A stretch of 64,000 bases of DNA from Candidatus Nanopelagicales bacterium. Lineage in GTDB: Bacteria > Actinomycetota > Actinomycetes > S36-B12. The position numbers and the translations under genes are program-made. The notes under the pieces are model-generated. The model worked only from the letters and a program-made list of their open reading frames with translations, was not told where the DNA came from and ran no database searches. How positions within the stretch are numbered: the stretch's first letter is position 1; every line of letters starts with the position of its first letter. Positions 43,982 to 53,358 of this stretch are shown here, in pieces. The stretch lies in the NCBI GenBank assembly GCA_040399625.1, contig JBBARV010000003.1:11907-75906 (forward strand). Direction: 5' to 3'.

Positions 43982-45258
43982 GCACTCACCGCTATACCCG
44001 GCCCAAAGAATCCTTGAGCACTTTTTATTCCGGCAACCGCTTTGTCGATGTCGCTTTTGTCGTTGTAAATGTACGTTGTAATTCTGGTCGTTGCCGGGAC
44101 ATCAAAACGCCGGCAGGTTGGCCAACAGCAATGGTGACCCACCCGCACTGCGACTCCCTCGGCATCCATTAGGTGACCAACGTCATGGGGATGAATCCCT
44201 TCGACCACGAACGAAACAGCCGATCCACGATCATGCATGTCCGTTGGTCCAATTACCCGGACTCCAGGGATTTTTGCAAGTTCAGCCAACGTGTAGGCCG
44301 TTAATTCCTGCTCGTGTTTGAAGACATTGTCCATGCCTAATTCGGATAGGTAGTCGCAGGCGCTCGCTAGGCCGATCGCCTGGGCCGCCATGGGTACGCC
44401 CGCTTCAAATCTTTGTGGCGCAGGCGCATACGTGCTCTGGTCCATGTGCACCATTTCGATCATGGAACCACCGCTAAGAAAAGGTGGCATCACATTGAGG
44501 AGCTCGGATTTACCCCACAGGATTCCGATGCCGGTTGGTCCGAGCATCTTGTGACCACTCCACGAGGCGAAATCAGCACCGAGTTCATCCACGTTCACCG
44601 GCATGTGTGGCACGGATTGACATAGGTCAACCATGCCTAGTGCTCCAACCGCGTGCGCCATGTCCATGATTTCCCGGACCGGGTTGATCGTGCCGAGGAG
44701 GTTTGATTGGTGCACGATCGACACAAACTTTGTGGTGTTGTCAATTACTCCTGGTTCGATATTGAGGCGACCTTCGTCGGTGAGGCCAAACCATTTAAGC
44801 GTTGCACCCGTCTTTGCGCACAATTCTTGCCATGGAACCAAATTCGCATGATGTTCCATTTCAGTGACAACGATTGAATCACCAGGACCGATTACAAAAC
44901 GCTGATCAACGTCAATGCCTTGGCGCGCTTTATCGGTTGCATTTGAAAAAGCGTAAGCCACCAAGTTAATTCCCTCGGTTGCGTTTTTTGTGAACACGAT
45001 TTCTTCAACCTGTGCCCCAACGAACGAGGCGATCGTTTGCCGGGCGCCTTCATACGCATCCGTTGCTTCCTCAGCAAGCGCGTGAGCTCCACGGTGAACT
45101 GCGGCATTCAAATTTTCGTAGAAATAACGTTCTGCATCTAAAACCCGGGTGGGCTTTTGTGAAGTGGCACCGCTATCGAGGTACACCAGCGGAACACCCC
45201 GCACTTCACGGGACAGGATAGGAAAATCTGCGCGCAGACTGTCGACGTCGAACATCAT
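43978..45258 (-). CDS. sufS: cysteine desulfurase SufS
   Basis: 426 aa with the PLP lysine in SGHKMLGPTGIG and the catalytic Cys in RVGHHCCWP. 4-nt overlaps on both sides. Confidence 0.92.
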   Translation of the reverse strand: MMFDVDSLRADFPILSREVRGVPLVYLDSGATSQKPTRVLDAERYFYENLNAAVHRGAHALAEEATDAYEGARQTIASFVGAQVEEIVFTKNATEGINLVAYAFSNATDKARQGIDVDQRFVIGPGDSIVVTEMEHHANLVPWQELCAKTGATLKWFGLTDEGRLNIEPGVIDNTTKFVSIVHQSNLLGTINPVREIMDMAHAVGALGMVDLCQSVPHMPVNVDELGADFASWSGHKMLGPTGIGILWGKSELLNVMPPFLSGGSMIEMVHMDQSTYAPAPQRFEAGVPMAAQAIGLASACDYLSELGMDNVFKHEQELTAYTLAELAKIPGVRVIGPTDMHDRGSAVSFVVEGIHPHDVGHLMDAEGVAVRVGHHCCWPTCRRFDVPATTRITTYIYNDKSDIDKAVAGIKSAQGFFGPGIAVSA

Positions 45259-46016
45259 GCACGCGCCGCTGCGGTGTACGTCTCATAACCATCTGATTCC
45301 AATACGTCAGCCAATTCGGGACCGCCGGTGGCGACGATTCTTCCGTCAACGAAGACATGGACGACATCAGGCTTTATGTATCGAAGGATTCGCGTGTAAT
45401 GGGTGATCAACAGGACTCCGGCGTTACTGGACTCCTTGTAGCGATTGACTCCTTCACTCACGATCTTGAGCGCATCAACATCGAGCCCGGAGTCTGTTTC
45501 GTCCAAGATGGCGATCTTGGGTTGCATTAGCCCCAACTGGAGAATCTCGTGACGTTTCTTCTCGCCACCGGAGAAACCTTCGTTGACGTTACGGCTCGCA
45601 AAGGCGGGGTCCATCTGTAGATCAGCCATCGCCTCCTTCATGTCTTTCGTCCAGGTACGAAGTTTGGGCGCCTCACCTCTTAAAGCAGTGATCGAAGTGC
45701 GCAAAAAGTTGGACACTGAAACGCCAGGAATTTCAACCGGATACTGCATGGCGAGAAATAGTCCAGCCCGAGCACGCTCATCTACTGTCATGGCAAGAAC
45801 ATCTTGACCATCGAGATCGATTGTCCCAGATGTCACCGTGTATTTAGGGTGACCGGCAATCACATAAGCCAAAGTGCTTTTACCGGAGCCGTTGGGTCCC
45901 ATAATTGCGTTCGTGGTACCCGATTCCACAATAAGGGACACACCTCGAAGGATGGGGGTTTCGCCATCTTCGGTGATGACACTCGCATGTAAATCAGTAA
46001 TTGTTAGCTTGCTCAT
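45255..46016 (-). CDS. sufC: Fe-S cluster assembly ATPase SufC
   Basis: 253 aa with GPNGSGKST, FSGGEKKR and ILDETDSGLD. Confidence 0.93.
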   Translation of the reverse strand: MSKLTITDLHASVITEDGETPILRGVSLIVESGTTNAIMGPNGSGKSTLAYVIAGHPKYTVTSGTIDLDGQDVLAMTVDERARAGLFLAMQYPVEIPGVSVSNFLRTSITALRGEAPKLRTWTKDMKEAMADLQMDPAFASRNVNEGFSGGEKKRHEILQLGLMQPKIAILDETDSGLDVDALKIVSEGVNRYKESSNAGVLLITHYTRILRYIKPDVVHVFVDGRIVATGGPELADVLESDGYETYTAAARA

Positions 46017-46345
46017 TTATTCGTGCCTTTCGTGATAAAAATTGGACTATTGGGATCTGCTACGTCGGTCGTAACTGGGTAGGTCTTAACCGCGGTGATC
46101 GCGGGAAGTGTGGTGGGGATACCTGTGCGGACGTCAAAGGCGGATCCATGCAACCAGCATTCGATGAAACAACCGTCGACTTCGCCTTCAGACAGCGCAA
46201 CATCAGAATGGGAACAGCGATCTTCCAACGCGAACATTCCATCGGGTGTATTGACTACGACAATCAAGTCACCATCAACGTCAAACTGGCGGGCGGTTCC
46301 GACTGGAACGTCTGAGACAACACCGAGCATTAATTGATTACTCAT
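46013..46345 (-). CDS. Rieske [2Fe-2S] ferredoxin-like protein embedded in the suf operon
   Basis: Rieske ligand motifs C-S-H (RCSHSD) and C-W-L-H (ECWLHG). The ORF opens at 46372. ATG 46345 (MSNQLMLG) overlaps the sufD stop by 8 nt and is preferred; the start is uncertain. Confidence 0.8.
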   Translation of the reverse strand: MSNQLMLGVVSDVPVGTARQFDVDGDLIVVVNTPDGMFALEDRCSHSDVALSEGEVDGCFIECWLHGSAFDVRTGIPTTLPAITAVKTYPVTTDVADPNSPIFITKGTNK

Positions 46346-47462
46346 GATCCACAATTCCCAATTTTGATTCAATCCGTCGCATCAAGGATGCACTCAACTG
46401 TGCATCATCGATTTTACTGAGGACATCAACAAAGAAGCCTCTGACAACCAACTGTCGGGCAACCGACTCAGGAATTCCGCGCGACTGCAAATAGAACAGT
46501 TGCTCGTCATCAAATCGACCGGTAGCGCTCGCGTGGCCGGCACTAATTACGTCACCGGTCTCCAATTCCAAATTGGGGACCGAGTCGGCTCGAGGGCCAT
46601 CGGTGAGTAACAGATTTCGGTTGAGTTCATATGTTTCAATCCCGATGGCCTCACGCCGCACAAGCACGTCGCCTATCCACACCGAGTGAGAACCCTCACC
46701 GCTGAGGGCGCCCTTGTAGATGACGTTACTGACACAGTGGGGTTGGGTGTGATCCACCAGAATGCGATGTTCCTGGAACTGGTCACCGGTAAGTAGAAAT
46801 GCCCCCAACATCTGAGCCTTACCGCCTGGTGCCCGATACGTAAGTGTGGGCACGGTGCGAATCACCCCACCACCGAGTGTGATCGACAGCCCCAAGAAAT
46901 TCGCATCACGACCCACTTCGGTGAACCAATGCAGATGCTGCATAACCGCGGCCTCAGCATCGATTACTGAGAGCATGGTCAAGTCTGCTTGATCCCCGAG
47001 GAGCGAGAGCATCGATCCGCTGACGTTGCCCGAAGTGTCATGGATAAGTACAACCTGCGCCTTGGAAAAAGGACCGGCATGAACTTCAACGTGGAGATAA
47101 CTGCTATCACCGGCGTTTTTAAGATTCACCACAATCGGACTAACGTGAACCGACTCTTTTGCGATAGTCACCAAAACAGCATGGGTTGCCTGTGATCGAG
47201 CGATAGCACTCGGCCGATCTGTCGGCATCCATGACTGCGAGAGCCGCGGGTCACTTATTTCGACGTACTCAACGGTTACATCGTGTTCGCCGTTAAGACC
47301 AACACTCCCCCACTGGGCCGGCTGGAAAAATTCCGCCATCTTTTTAATCGGAGCAAAACGCCATTCTTCTTCACGACCGACAGGCAGCACAAAATCTTCG
47401 ATGGTGCGCGAAAATACTTGAGGCGCCAAATCTTTCGCCGGAGCGACTGTGGGAGCTCTCAC
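46338..47462 (-). CDS. sufD: Fe-S cluster assembly protein SufD
   Basis: 374 aa. C-terminal beta-helix region with the SufB/D family pattern ([18 protein letters not shown]). It lies between sufB and sufC. Confidence 0.9.
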   Translation of the reverse strand: MRAPTVAPAKDLAPQVFSRTIEDFVLPVGREEEWRFAPIKKMAEFFQPAQWGSVGLNGEHDVTVEYVEISDPRLSQSWMPTDRPSAIARSQATHAVLVTIAKESVHVSPIVVNLKNAGDSSYLHVEVHAGPFSKAQVVLIHDTSGNVSGSMLSLLGDQADLTMLSVIDAEAAVMQHLHWFTEVGRDANFLGLSITLGGGVIRTVPTLTYRAPGGKAQMLGAFLLTGDQFQEHRILVDHTQPHCVSNVIYKGALSGEGSHSVWIGDVLVRREAIGIETYELNRNLLLTDGPRADSVPNLELETGDVISAGHASATGRFDDEQLFYLQSRGIPESVARQLVVRGFFVDVLSKIDDAQLSASLMRRIESKLGIVDHE

Positions 47463-48892
47463 CCAACAGCCCCTTCCATTTGCATCTCAATCAGGCGGTT
47501 CAATTCAATTGCGTATTCCATGGGCAATTCTCGCGCGATTGGTTCAATGAATCCACGGACAATCATTGCCATTGCTTCATCTTCACTCAACCCACGAGTC
47601 ATCAGATAAAACAACTGCTCTTCGCTGACTTTGGAGACCGTAGCTTCGTGTCCCATCTGGACGTCGTCCTCGCGCACATCAACATAGGGATACGTGTCAG
47701 AGCGACTGATGTCGTCAACTAACAATGCATCACATTTGACCGTGCTCTTCGAGTGATGTGAACCTTCGAGAACTTGGACAAGACCGCGATAACTTGTGCG
47801 TCCACCACCGCGAGCCACCGACTTGCTAATAATCGAGGACGACGTGTGTGGAGCCGCATGCACCATCTTGGCCCCAGCGTCTTGGTGTTGACCCGGGCCA
47901 GCAAAAGCGATTGACAAAGTCTCACCGCGGGCATGTTCTCCGGTCATCACGACGGATGGATACTTCATAGTTACCTTACTGCCTAGGTTTCCGTCAACCC
48001 ATTCCATGGTGGCACCTTCGTGGGCGATAGCCCGCTTGGTTACGAGGTTGTATACGTTTGTTGACCAGTTTTGAATTGTTGTGTAACGGCAGCGACCGCC
48101 TTTTTTAACGATGATCTCAACAACTGCGGAGTGCAAGGAATCACTTGAATAGATGGGGGCTGTACAGCCTTCGACGTAATGCACATAAGCGCCTTCGTCA
48201 ACAATTATGAGCGTACGCTCAAACTGGCCCATGTTTTCCGTGTTTATGCGGAAATAGGCTTGTAGGGGAATATCAATATGCACGCCCTTGGGGACATAGA
48301 TAAAGGACCCACCAGACCACACAGAGGTGTTCAATGCGGCGAACTTGTTGTCACCAACCGGGATTACCGAACCAAAATATTCCTTGAATACATCCTCGTG
48401 TTCACGCAGAGCAGTGTCGGTGTCAAGGAATAAAACACCCAGTTCCTCAAGGTCCTCCCGGATCTTGTGATAGACCACTTCCGACTCGTACTGCGCGGCA
48501 ACTCCACCAACGAGGCGTTGTTTTTCAGCCTCAGGGATACCGAGACGGTCATAAGTGTTCTTGATGTCGTCGGGGAGATCATTCCAATCTGTGGCCTGCT
48601 TCTCGGTTGACCGCACAAAATATTTAATCGTGTCGAAGTGGATTCCGGTAAGGTCAGAGCCCCAGTGCGGCATGGGCTTCTTTTCAAAAAGCTTTAACCC
48701 TTTGAGTCTGAGGTCAAGCATCCACTGCGGTTCATTCTTTTTCGCAGAGATGTCTCGAACAACGTCTTCATTGATGCCACGGCGGGCATTTGCACCGGCA
48801 TCGCTTGCGTCACTCCAGCCATACTCGTAATTTCCGAGGGACTCAATCGTGGCGTCTTGCTCACTCTTGGCGTTGGGGATAGTTGTACTCAT
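47459..48892 (-). CDS. sufB: Fe-S cluster assembly protein SufB
   Basis: The ORF opens at 49069, but ATG 48892 ([13 protein letters not shown]...) forms an ATGA overlap with the sufR stop and gives about 477 aa, the normal intein-free SufB length. Highly conserved core ([24 protein letters not shown]). Confidence 0.93.
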   Translation of the reverse strand: MSTTIPNAKSEQDATIESLGNYEYGWSDASDAGANARRGINEDVVRDISAKKNEPQWMLDLRLKGLKLFEKKPMPHWGSDLTGIHFDTIKYFVRSTEKQATDWNDLPDDIKNTYDRLGIPEAEKQRLVGGVAAQYESEVVYHKIREDLEELGVLFLDTDTALREHEDVFKEYFGSVIPVGDNKFAALNTSVWSGGSFIYVPKGVHIDIPLQAYFRINTENMGQFERTLIIVDEGAYVHYVEGCTAPIYSSDSLHSAVVEIIVKKGGRCRYTTIQNWSTNVYNLVTKRAIAHEGATMEWVDGNLGSKVTMKYPSVVMTGEHARGETLSIAFAGPGQHQDAGAKMVHAAPHTSSSIISKSVARGGGRTSYRGLVQVLEGSHHSKSTVKCDALLVDDISRSDTYPYVDVREDDVQMGHEATVSKVSEEQLFYLMTRGLSEDEAMAMIVRGFIEPIARELPMEYAIELNRLIEMQMEGAVG

Positions 48893-49575
48893 GCTGATAC
48901 CTCTCGACTTTCCCGCGGTTTGCGAGTTTGATGTTTTACCTGCATTACCTGTCCGAAAACTTGATTGGGGATCAAAGTCGTGCAAATGGGATGCCCCTGT
49001 GCCAAGGTGGCAAGCCGGGTAACGTGTTGTCCCAAAGCAGCGCTGAATGCATTTGTCTCTTCTTCGCACAATTCAGGGAATTCACTGGCAGCCTCAACGA
49101 CCGGGCAATGATGCTGACACAACTGACTGGCATGTGAGTTACCCGACGCAGGTTCAAGTGTTGCCGCGTACCCCTCGCTCACAAGGACATCAACAATTGA
49201 TTTAATCGTGCCACCCGAAGTGATTCGAGCGGCTCGTTCAGCAGCAAATGCCCGGACGGCCTCTCGACCAAAGGAGCGATCGATAAACCGCAAGCTCTCG
49301 AGGGCCAAATCGTCGTAACTCTGGTCGCAAGCACTGCGGCCAAGTGGCGTTAAGGAATACGTCCCACTGGGCCGGCCACGACCGCGTGTGGGTGCTGGGC
49401 CAAATGGCGTGCGTTCATGTGCCTCAATGAATCCAGCATCTAGGAGGGCGCCGAGCGACCTTCTGGTGGCCTGAACCGATGTCCCCAAGGTCTGCGAAAC
49501 CTCGATAGCGGTTGCCGCGCCGACCTCCAAGAGAACGCGCGCAACCCGCTCAGCTGCTCCACCGGGGAATTTCAC
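48889..49575 (-). CDS. sufR: SufR-type wHTH transcriptional repressor with C-terminal Cys cluster
   Basis: 228 aa with an N-terminal wHTH ([31 protein letters not shown]) and C-terminal CQHHCPV-x12-C. It is the first gene of the suf operon. GTG start. Confidence 0.8.
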   Translation of the reverse strand: MKFPGGAAERVARVLLEVGAATAIEVSQTLGTSVQATRRSLGALLDAGFIEAHERTPFGPAPTRGRGRPSGTYSLTPLGRSACDQSYDDLALESLRFIDRSFGREAVRAFAAERAARITSGGTIKSIVDVLVSEGYAATLEPASGNSHASQLCQHHCPVVEAASEFPELCEEETNAFSAALGQHVTRLATLAQGHPICTTLIPNQVFGQVMQVKHQTRKPRESREVSA

Positions 49576-49610
49576 AACCCTATTGTTGCCTAATTAGCAA
49601 TCAACGCAAC
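49575..49610. promoter_or_regulatory. candidate SufR operator / sufR promoter region (CAAC-N6-GTTG plus a larger imperfect dyad)
   Basis: CAACcctattGTTG at 49575..49588 touches the GTG start. TTGTTGCctaattaGCAATCAAC (49583..49605) is an imperfect dyad centred on TAATTA. On the minus strand, TTGATT-N16-TAGGGT resembles a -35/-10 pair. Confidence 0.45.
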
Positions 49611-49635
49611 CGCTGGGGGTTCTCAAAGGAAAGCC

Positions 49636-49641
49636 TAGACT
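49636..49641 (+). promoter_or_regulatory. -10-like TAGACT, 6 nt before ATG 49648 (ABC-2 ATPase); leaderless-type layout
   Basis: TAGACT-gcgtcc-ATG. No SD-like run. Confidence 0.45.
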
Positions 49642-49647
49642 GCGTCC

Positions 49648-50652
49648 ATGAAGCAAAGTCCCCCTGATTCGGCGTTGACGCCAAGGGCGATAACGTGCCA
49701 AGACTTGAGTCTTGTCTACCCAAACGGCAGCGGGATATCCGGGATTAATCTCGATTTTGGTCCAGGAATCACCGCCATCGTTGGCAATAACGGCGCTGGC
49801 AAAACCACGCTTCTTGAAATCATCGCGGGCCTCAGGAACCCTACGGCTGGCAATATCTCACTATTTGGTCGCAGTCCCAGCCATTGGCGATCATCGGGTA
49901 TCAATCAGGTTGGAGTCTCCCTGCAGGACGGACGTCCTTATCCCAGCGCCAAACCGGTCGCACTCCTCAATTATCTCGATCACCTGTACGCGAGTGGCCA
50001 GGGTTCACAGGGTTCACAGGGTTCACAGGGTTCACAGGGTCCACAGAGTCAACATAGCCGGCCAAGCGTGGATTTCCTCACCGAAGCGTTCGCCCTCACC
50101 ACTAAGACATTGATAAAAAACCTGAGCGGTGGTGAGCTGCAAAGGCTGAAATGCGCCGCTGCCCTGATTGCCGGTACCCCAATCCTGATTCTCGATGAAC
50201 CAACGGCTGGTTTAGACCCCCAAGGCCGGCGGGATCTCTACAACGTGCTCGCGCGTGTTGTTCCCGAGCAGAACACCCTCCTGGTTTCAACACACATCCT
50301 CGAGGATCTTGAGGCCATGGACGGTCGGGTGATCGCCCTGAAATCTGGCCAGGTTGCCTACGACTCAAGCGTTAGATCAGCCACTTCCGCGTTCCATATG
50401 ACTTTCAGCAGCCGCGCCAATATCGAACTCACGGGTTTGCGAAATGCACTTGCTGAGGGTGTTGTCATCACGGAGAAAATAAATGGCCGGTACTCGATCG
50501 CCAGCAATACCCCCATCGATGCTGCATTCATCACTACGGTCATGAATTTCTGCGCACAAATTGGTGCCGAGGTATCACAGGTAAACGTTCGCGAACGTAG
50601 CGGAGTCTTGGCCGAGATTGAAGATTTATTGTTGGATGGGGGTCCCCGTTGA
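49648..50652 (+). CDS. ABC transporter ATP-binding protein (ABC-2 type) with internal GSQ repeat
   Basis: 334 aa with GNNGAGKTT, LSGGELQR and ILDEPTAGLD. A GQ(GSQ)4GPQSQ low-complexity insert lies between the Q-loop region and the signature motif. Confidence 0.88.
   Translation: MKQSPPDSALTPRAITCQDLSLVYPNGSGISGINLDFGPGITAIVGNNGAGKTTLLEIIAGLRNPTAGNISLFGRSPSHWRSSGINQVGVSLQDGRPYPSAKPVALLNYLDHLYASGQGSQGSQGSQGSQGPQSQHSRPSVDFLTEAFALTTKTLIKNLSGGELQRLKCAAALIAGTPILILDEPTAGLDPQGRRDLYNVLARVVPEQNTLLVSTHILEDLEAMDGRVIALKSGQVAYDSSVRSATSAFHMTFSSRANIELTGLRNALAEGVVITEKINGRYSIASNTPIDAAFITTVMNFCAQIGAEVSQVNVRERSGVLAEIEDLLLDGGPR
50002..50046 (+). repeat. 9-bp in-frame tandem repeat ggttcacag x4 plus the variant ggtccacag, encoding (GSQ)4GPQ
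   Basis: Read directly: four perfect units at 50002..50037 and one 1-mismatch unit at 50038..50046. In frame with ORF 49648..50652. Confidence 0.95.
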
Positions 50653-51377
50653 TTTCGCTACGCCGCCTGTTTATTCAAACCAAATGGGAATTCACACTAA
50701 ATGCGCGTAACTCAGAACAAGCATTACTGCTGGTACTGATTCCCATTGTTATTCTCATTGTGTTGACCAAGACTTCAATTATTGGTGGAGAAACATCTGG
50801 TCTTTCGATCGCCCTCGCCACGGTGCTTACCGTTTCAACCTTCGCGGCAGGATTCACTTCTCTTGCTATTGCAACGGCTTTCGAACGTCGCAGTGAAACT
50901 TTGGTTTTTCTCGGGACTACTTCGCTAACACGTGCCGAGGTGGTGATCGCTAAAAGTCTCGGGAGTTTCCTGCTGGCCGTATTTGCAAGTTTCTTTACCC
51001 TGTTTGCCGCTCTAGTTCTCGGTTGGACCCCAACGCTGCTCGGCTTTCTTATTCCCGTGGGGATCGCACTGGGAGTTTTTAGCGTCAGCGGTTTTGCCTA
51101 TCTGCTTGCAGGAATCTTGAGAGCCGAAGCCGTGCTCGCGATCGCAAATGGAATCTTCGTTTTGGTGCTGATGTTTGGTGGAGTTATTTTTACATTCGGT
51201 CAAAACGTCACGGGTTTCTTGGAATATTTCCCGCCCTTGGCCTTAAAAAATCTCATGCAATATTGCGTCTCCGAAACCAGTACCGGTGACATAAATGTGA
51301 TTAAGGCCATGTGCGTCCTCATTGCTTGGGGTGTTGTCGGACATGTGTTGGCTTCTCGATTTTTCAAGTGGCGTTAA
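50649..51377 (+). CDS. ABC-2 type transporter permease
   Basis: 242 aa with six TM helices. 4-nt overlap with the ATPase gene. Confidence 0.8.
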   Translation: MISLRRLFIQTKWEFTLNARNSEQALLLVLIPIVILIVLTKTSIIGGETSGLSIALATVLTVSTFAAGFTSLAIATAFERRSETLVFLGTTSLTRAEVVIAKSLGSFLLAVFASFFTLFAALVLGWTPTLLGFLIPVGIALGVFSVSGFAYLLAGILRAEAVLAIANGIFVLVLMFGGVIFTFGQNVTGFLEYFPPLALKNLMQYCVSETSTGDINVIKAMCVLIAWGVVGHVLASRFFKWR

Positions 51378-51383
51378 TCGACT

Positions 51384-51389
51384 TAAGGT
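51384..51389 (+). promoter_or_regulatory. TAAGGT, 6 nt before ATG 51396 (ctaA): -10 of a leaderless promoter or an AAGG SD
   Basis: TAAGGT-aggggc-ATG in an 18-bp spacer after the permease gene. Ambiguous with an SD on a read-through transcript. Confidence 0.3.
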
Positions 51390-51395
51390 AGGGGC

Positions 51396-52328
51396 ATGAT
51401 CGCTGCAAAGGATTCCCGCCTGCCACGCTGGATACGCGGTATTTTCATAGCGAACCTTGTTGCACAGTCAGGAATTATTGTGACCGGCGCCGTTGTGCGT
51501 CTCACGGGCTCCGGCCTCGGGTGCCCGACCTGGCCAGAGTGTGTCGAAGGCTCCTACACGCCAACCGTTCGACAAGAAGAAGGAATTCATAAGGTCATCG
51601 AATTCGGGAATCGACTTCTCACGTTTGTCGTTGCCATTATTGCGATCGCTGTACTCGTTGCCGTGATCGCCAATATTGTTTCGCGCAAGCGTGCAGGGTT
51701 GCCTCAGCGTCGGGCAATAATTATTTTGGCCATGATTCCATTTGTTGGCACCGCCGCACAAGCGGTTCTCGGCGGAATCACAGTTCTTACCGGCCTTAAT
51801 CCTCTCACTGTCTCGGCGCACTTCTTAGTCTCAATGGGTTTGGTGACCGCAGCGGTTGCTCTGGTTGCCCGCTCGGGTGATCTTGGTGACCAACCCATTG
51901 CGTATCTCGCTCCAAAACCGGTGCGATTCCTTGCGTGGTTACTTGTTAGCGTCGCCGGCATAGTTGTTGTCCTTGGAGTAATTACAACCGGTAGTGGTCC
52001 ACACAGCGGGGATGCCGAAACAGAGTCTCGATTCGGATTCGATCCGCGCACAATTGCGTGGCTGCACGCGGACACCGTGTTTCTCTTTATTGGCTTGCTC
52101 ATTGGTTTTGTCATAACTCTCATGCTGTTTAAAAGCACGGGGACCATGCGAAAAAGAACAATTCTGCTGATTGCAGTCACGCTGACACAGGGCTTTATCG
52201 GTTACATCCAATACTTCACCGGGTTACCAAGCGCACTTGTAGCGATTCACGTTCTTGGGGCAGTACTCATTTGGATAGCTGTCCTGTTCATCCCGTTCTC
52301 CATGAGAACACGTGGCGAGACTAGATAA
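51396..52328 (+). CDS. ctaA: heme A synthase (COX15/CtaA)
   Basis: 310 aa, polytopic, with the conserved GCPTWPEC loop and His-bearing helices. Confidence 0.88.
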   Translation: MIAAKDSRLPRWIRGIFIANLVAQSGIIVTGAVVRLTGSGLGCPTWPECVEGSYTPTVRQEEGIHKVIEFGNRLLTFVVAIIAIAVLVAVIANIVSRKRAGLPQRRAIIILAMIPFVGTAAQAVLGGITVLTGLNPLTVSAHFLVSMGLVTAAVALVARSGDLGDQPIAYLAPKPVRFLAWLLVSVAGIVVVLGVITTGSGPHSGDAETESRFGFDPRTIAWLHADTVFLFIGLLIGFVITLMLFKSTGTMRKRTILLIAVTLTQGFIGYIQYFTGLPSALVAIHVLGAVLIWIAVLFIPFSMRTRGETR

Positions 52329-52340
52329 ACAATCTCTTCA

Positions 52341-53297
52341 TCACGGGAGAAAAGGCGTTAGGCCGATCAATAAAAAGAGCAATGCTAGATAGGTAATTGA
52401 ACCGTGGAATACCCTCATTGCTGGTTTTTGTAATTCTTTGTAGTCAGCTTTCTCACGGTGTGATCGTTTAACGAGCCCAAATGAAATCGCAACAAACCAG
52501 ATCCCTAAAACCACCGCGCCAATCCCGTAGACCCAACCCATCGGTGCAATTGGAATGAGGGCTAACGAGGCAACAACCATCACGACCGCATAGATGACAA
52601 TATTGCGGGTAACAACTCGTGCTGGAGCTACAACGGGAAGCATCGGTACCCCCACCGATGCGTAATCATCGCGGTATTTGATGGCAAGTGGCCAATAGTG
52701 CGCCGGGGTCCAAAAAAAGACAATCAGGAACAGCATTATGGGTGTCCAACCCAATGAACCGGTGACAGCGGCCCATGCAATGAGAACCGGCATACATCCT
52801 GCGGCCCCACCCCAAACAATATTCTGCGGGGTTGACCGTTTGAGCAAAATTGTGTACCCCAATGCGTACATGACGATTGCCAGAAAACCCAGGAGCGCCG
52901 CGACCCAATTGGTGAGTAGCCCAAGGGTAAGGACGCTGATCACACCCAGAATCGTCGCTTGGATTAGACCGGCACGAACGCTGATAACCCCGGAGGCCAA
53001 CGGGCGGCTTCCGGTCCGGTGCATAACTGCATCGATGTCACGGTCATAAACGCTGTTGTAGGTATTTGCACTTGCGGCAGCAGCAGACCCGCCAATAACG
53101 ACAGCAATTGTTGCGATCAGCGTTGGAAGGCCATCTGATGCCAGAAATAGGGTAGGAACCGCTGTCGCGAGAAGCAGCTCAACTATCCGAGGCTTGGTTA
53201 CCCAAAAATAGGGTGCGAGGCGCTCGCGCACTCCAAGATCTCCCATATCCCTAACATAGTCAATCGGGTGCGAACCGGCCTTTTGTGGTGACTTCAC
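52341..53297 (-). CDS. ctaB: protoheme IX farnesyltransferase (heme O synthase)
   Basis: 318-aa UbiA-family protein with NSVYDRDIDAVMHRT (N-x3-D-x3-D). GTG start. Confidence 0.9.
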   Translation of the reverse strand: MKSPQKAGSHPIDYVRDMGDLGVRERLAPYFWVTKPRIVELLLATAVPTLFLASDGLPTLIATIAVVIGGSAAAASANTYNSVYDRDIDAVMHRTGSRPLASGVISVRAGLIQATILGVISVLTLGLLTNWVAALLGFLAIVMYALGYTILLKRSTPQNIVWGGAAGCMPVLIAWAAVTGSLGWTPIMLFLIVFFWTPAHYWPLAIKYRDDYASVGVPMLPVVAPARVVTRNIVIYAVVMVVASLALIPIAPMGWVYGIGAVVLGIWFVAISFGLVKRSHREKADYKELQKPAMRVFHGSITYLALLFLLIGLTPFLP

Positions 53298-53346
53298 CGC
53301 CGATAAAAAACTCTAATCGGCCTCATTACACGCCCTCGTTGACCAA

Positions 53347-53352
53347 TAGACT
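53347..53352 (+). promoter_or_regulatory. -10-like TAGACT, 6 nt before ATG 53359 (tkt); leaderless-type layout
   Basis: TAGACT-gacagc-ATG. No SD-like run. Confidence 0.45.
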
Positions 53353-53358
53353 GACAGC

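Noticed and set aside
48893-49069. 59-codon N-terminal extension of SufB in the ORF track (could suggest an unusual SufB or an intein remnant)
   Set aside because: The extension overlaps the 3' end of sufR in another frame and is Arg/Cys/Gly-rich junk. ATG 48892 gives an ATGA coupling and a normal-length, intein-free SufB.
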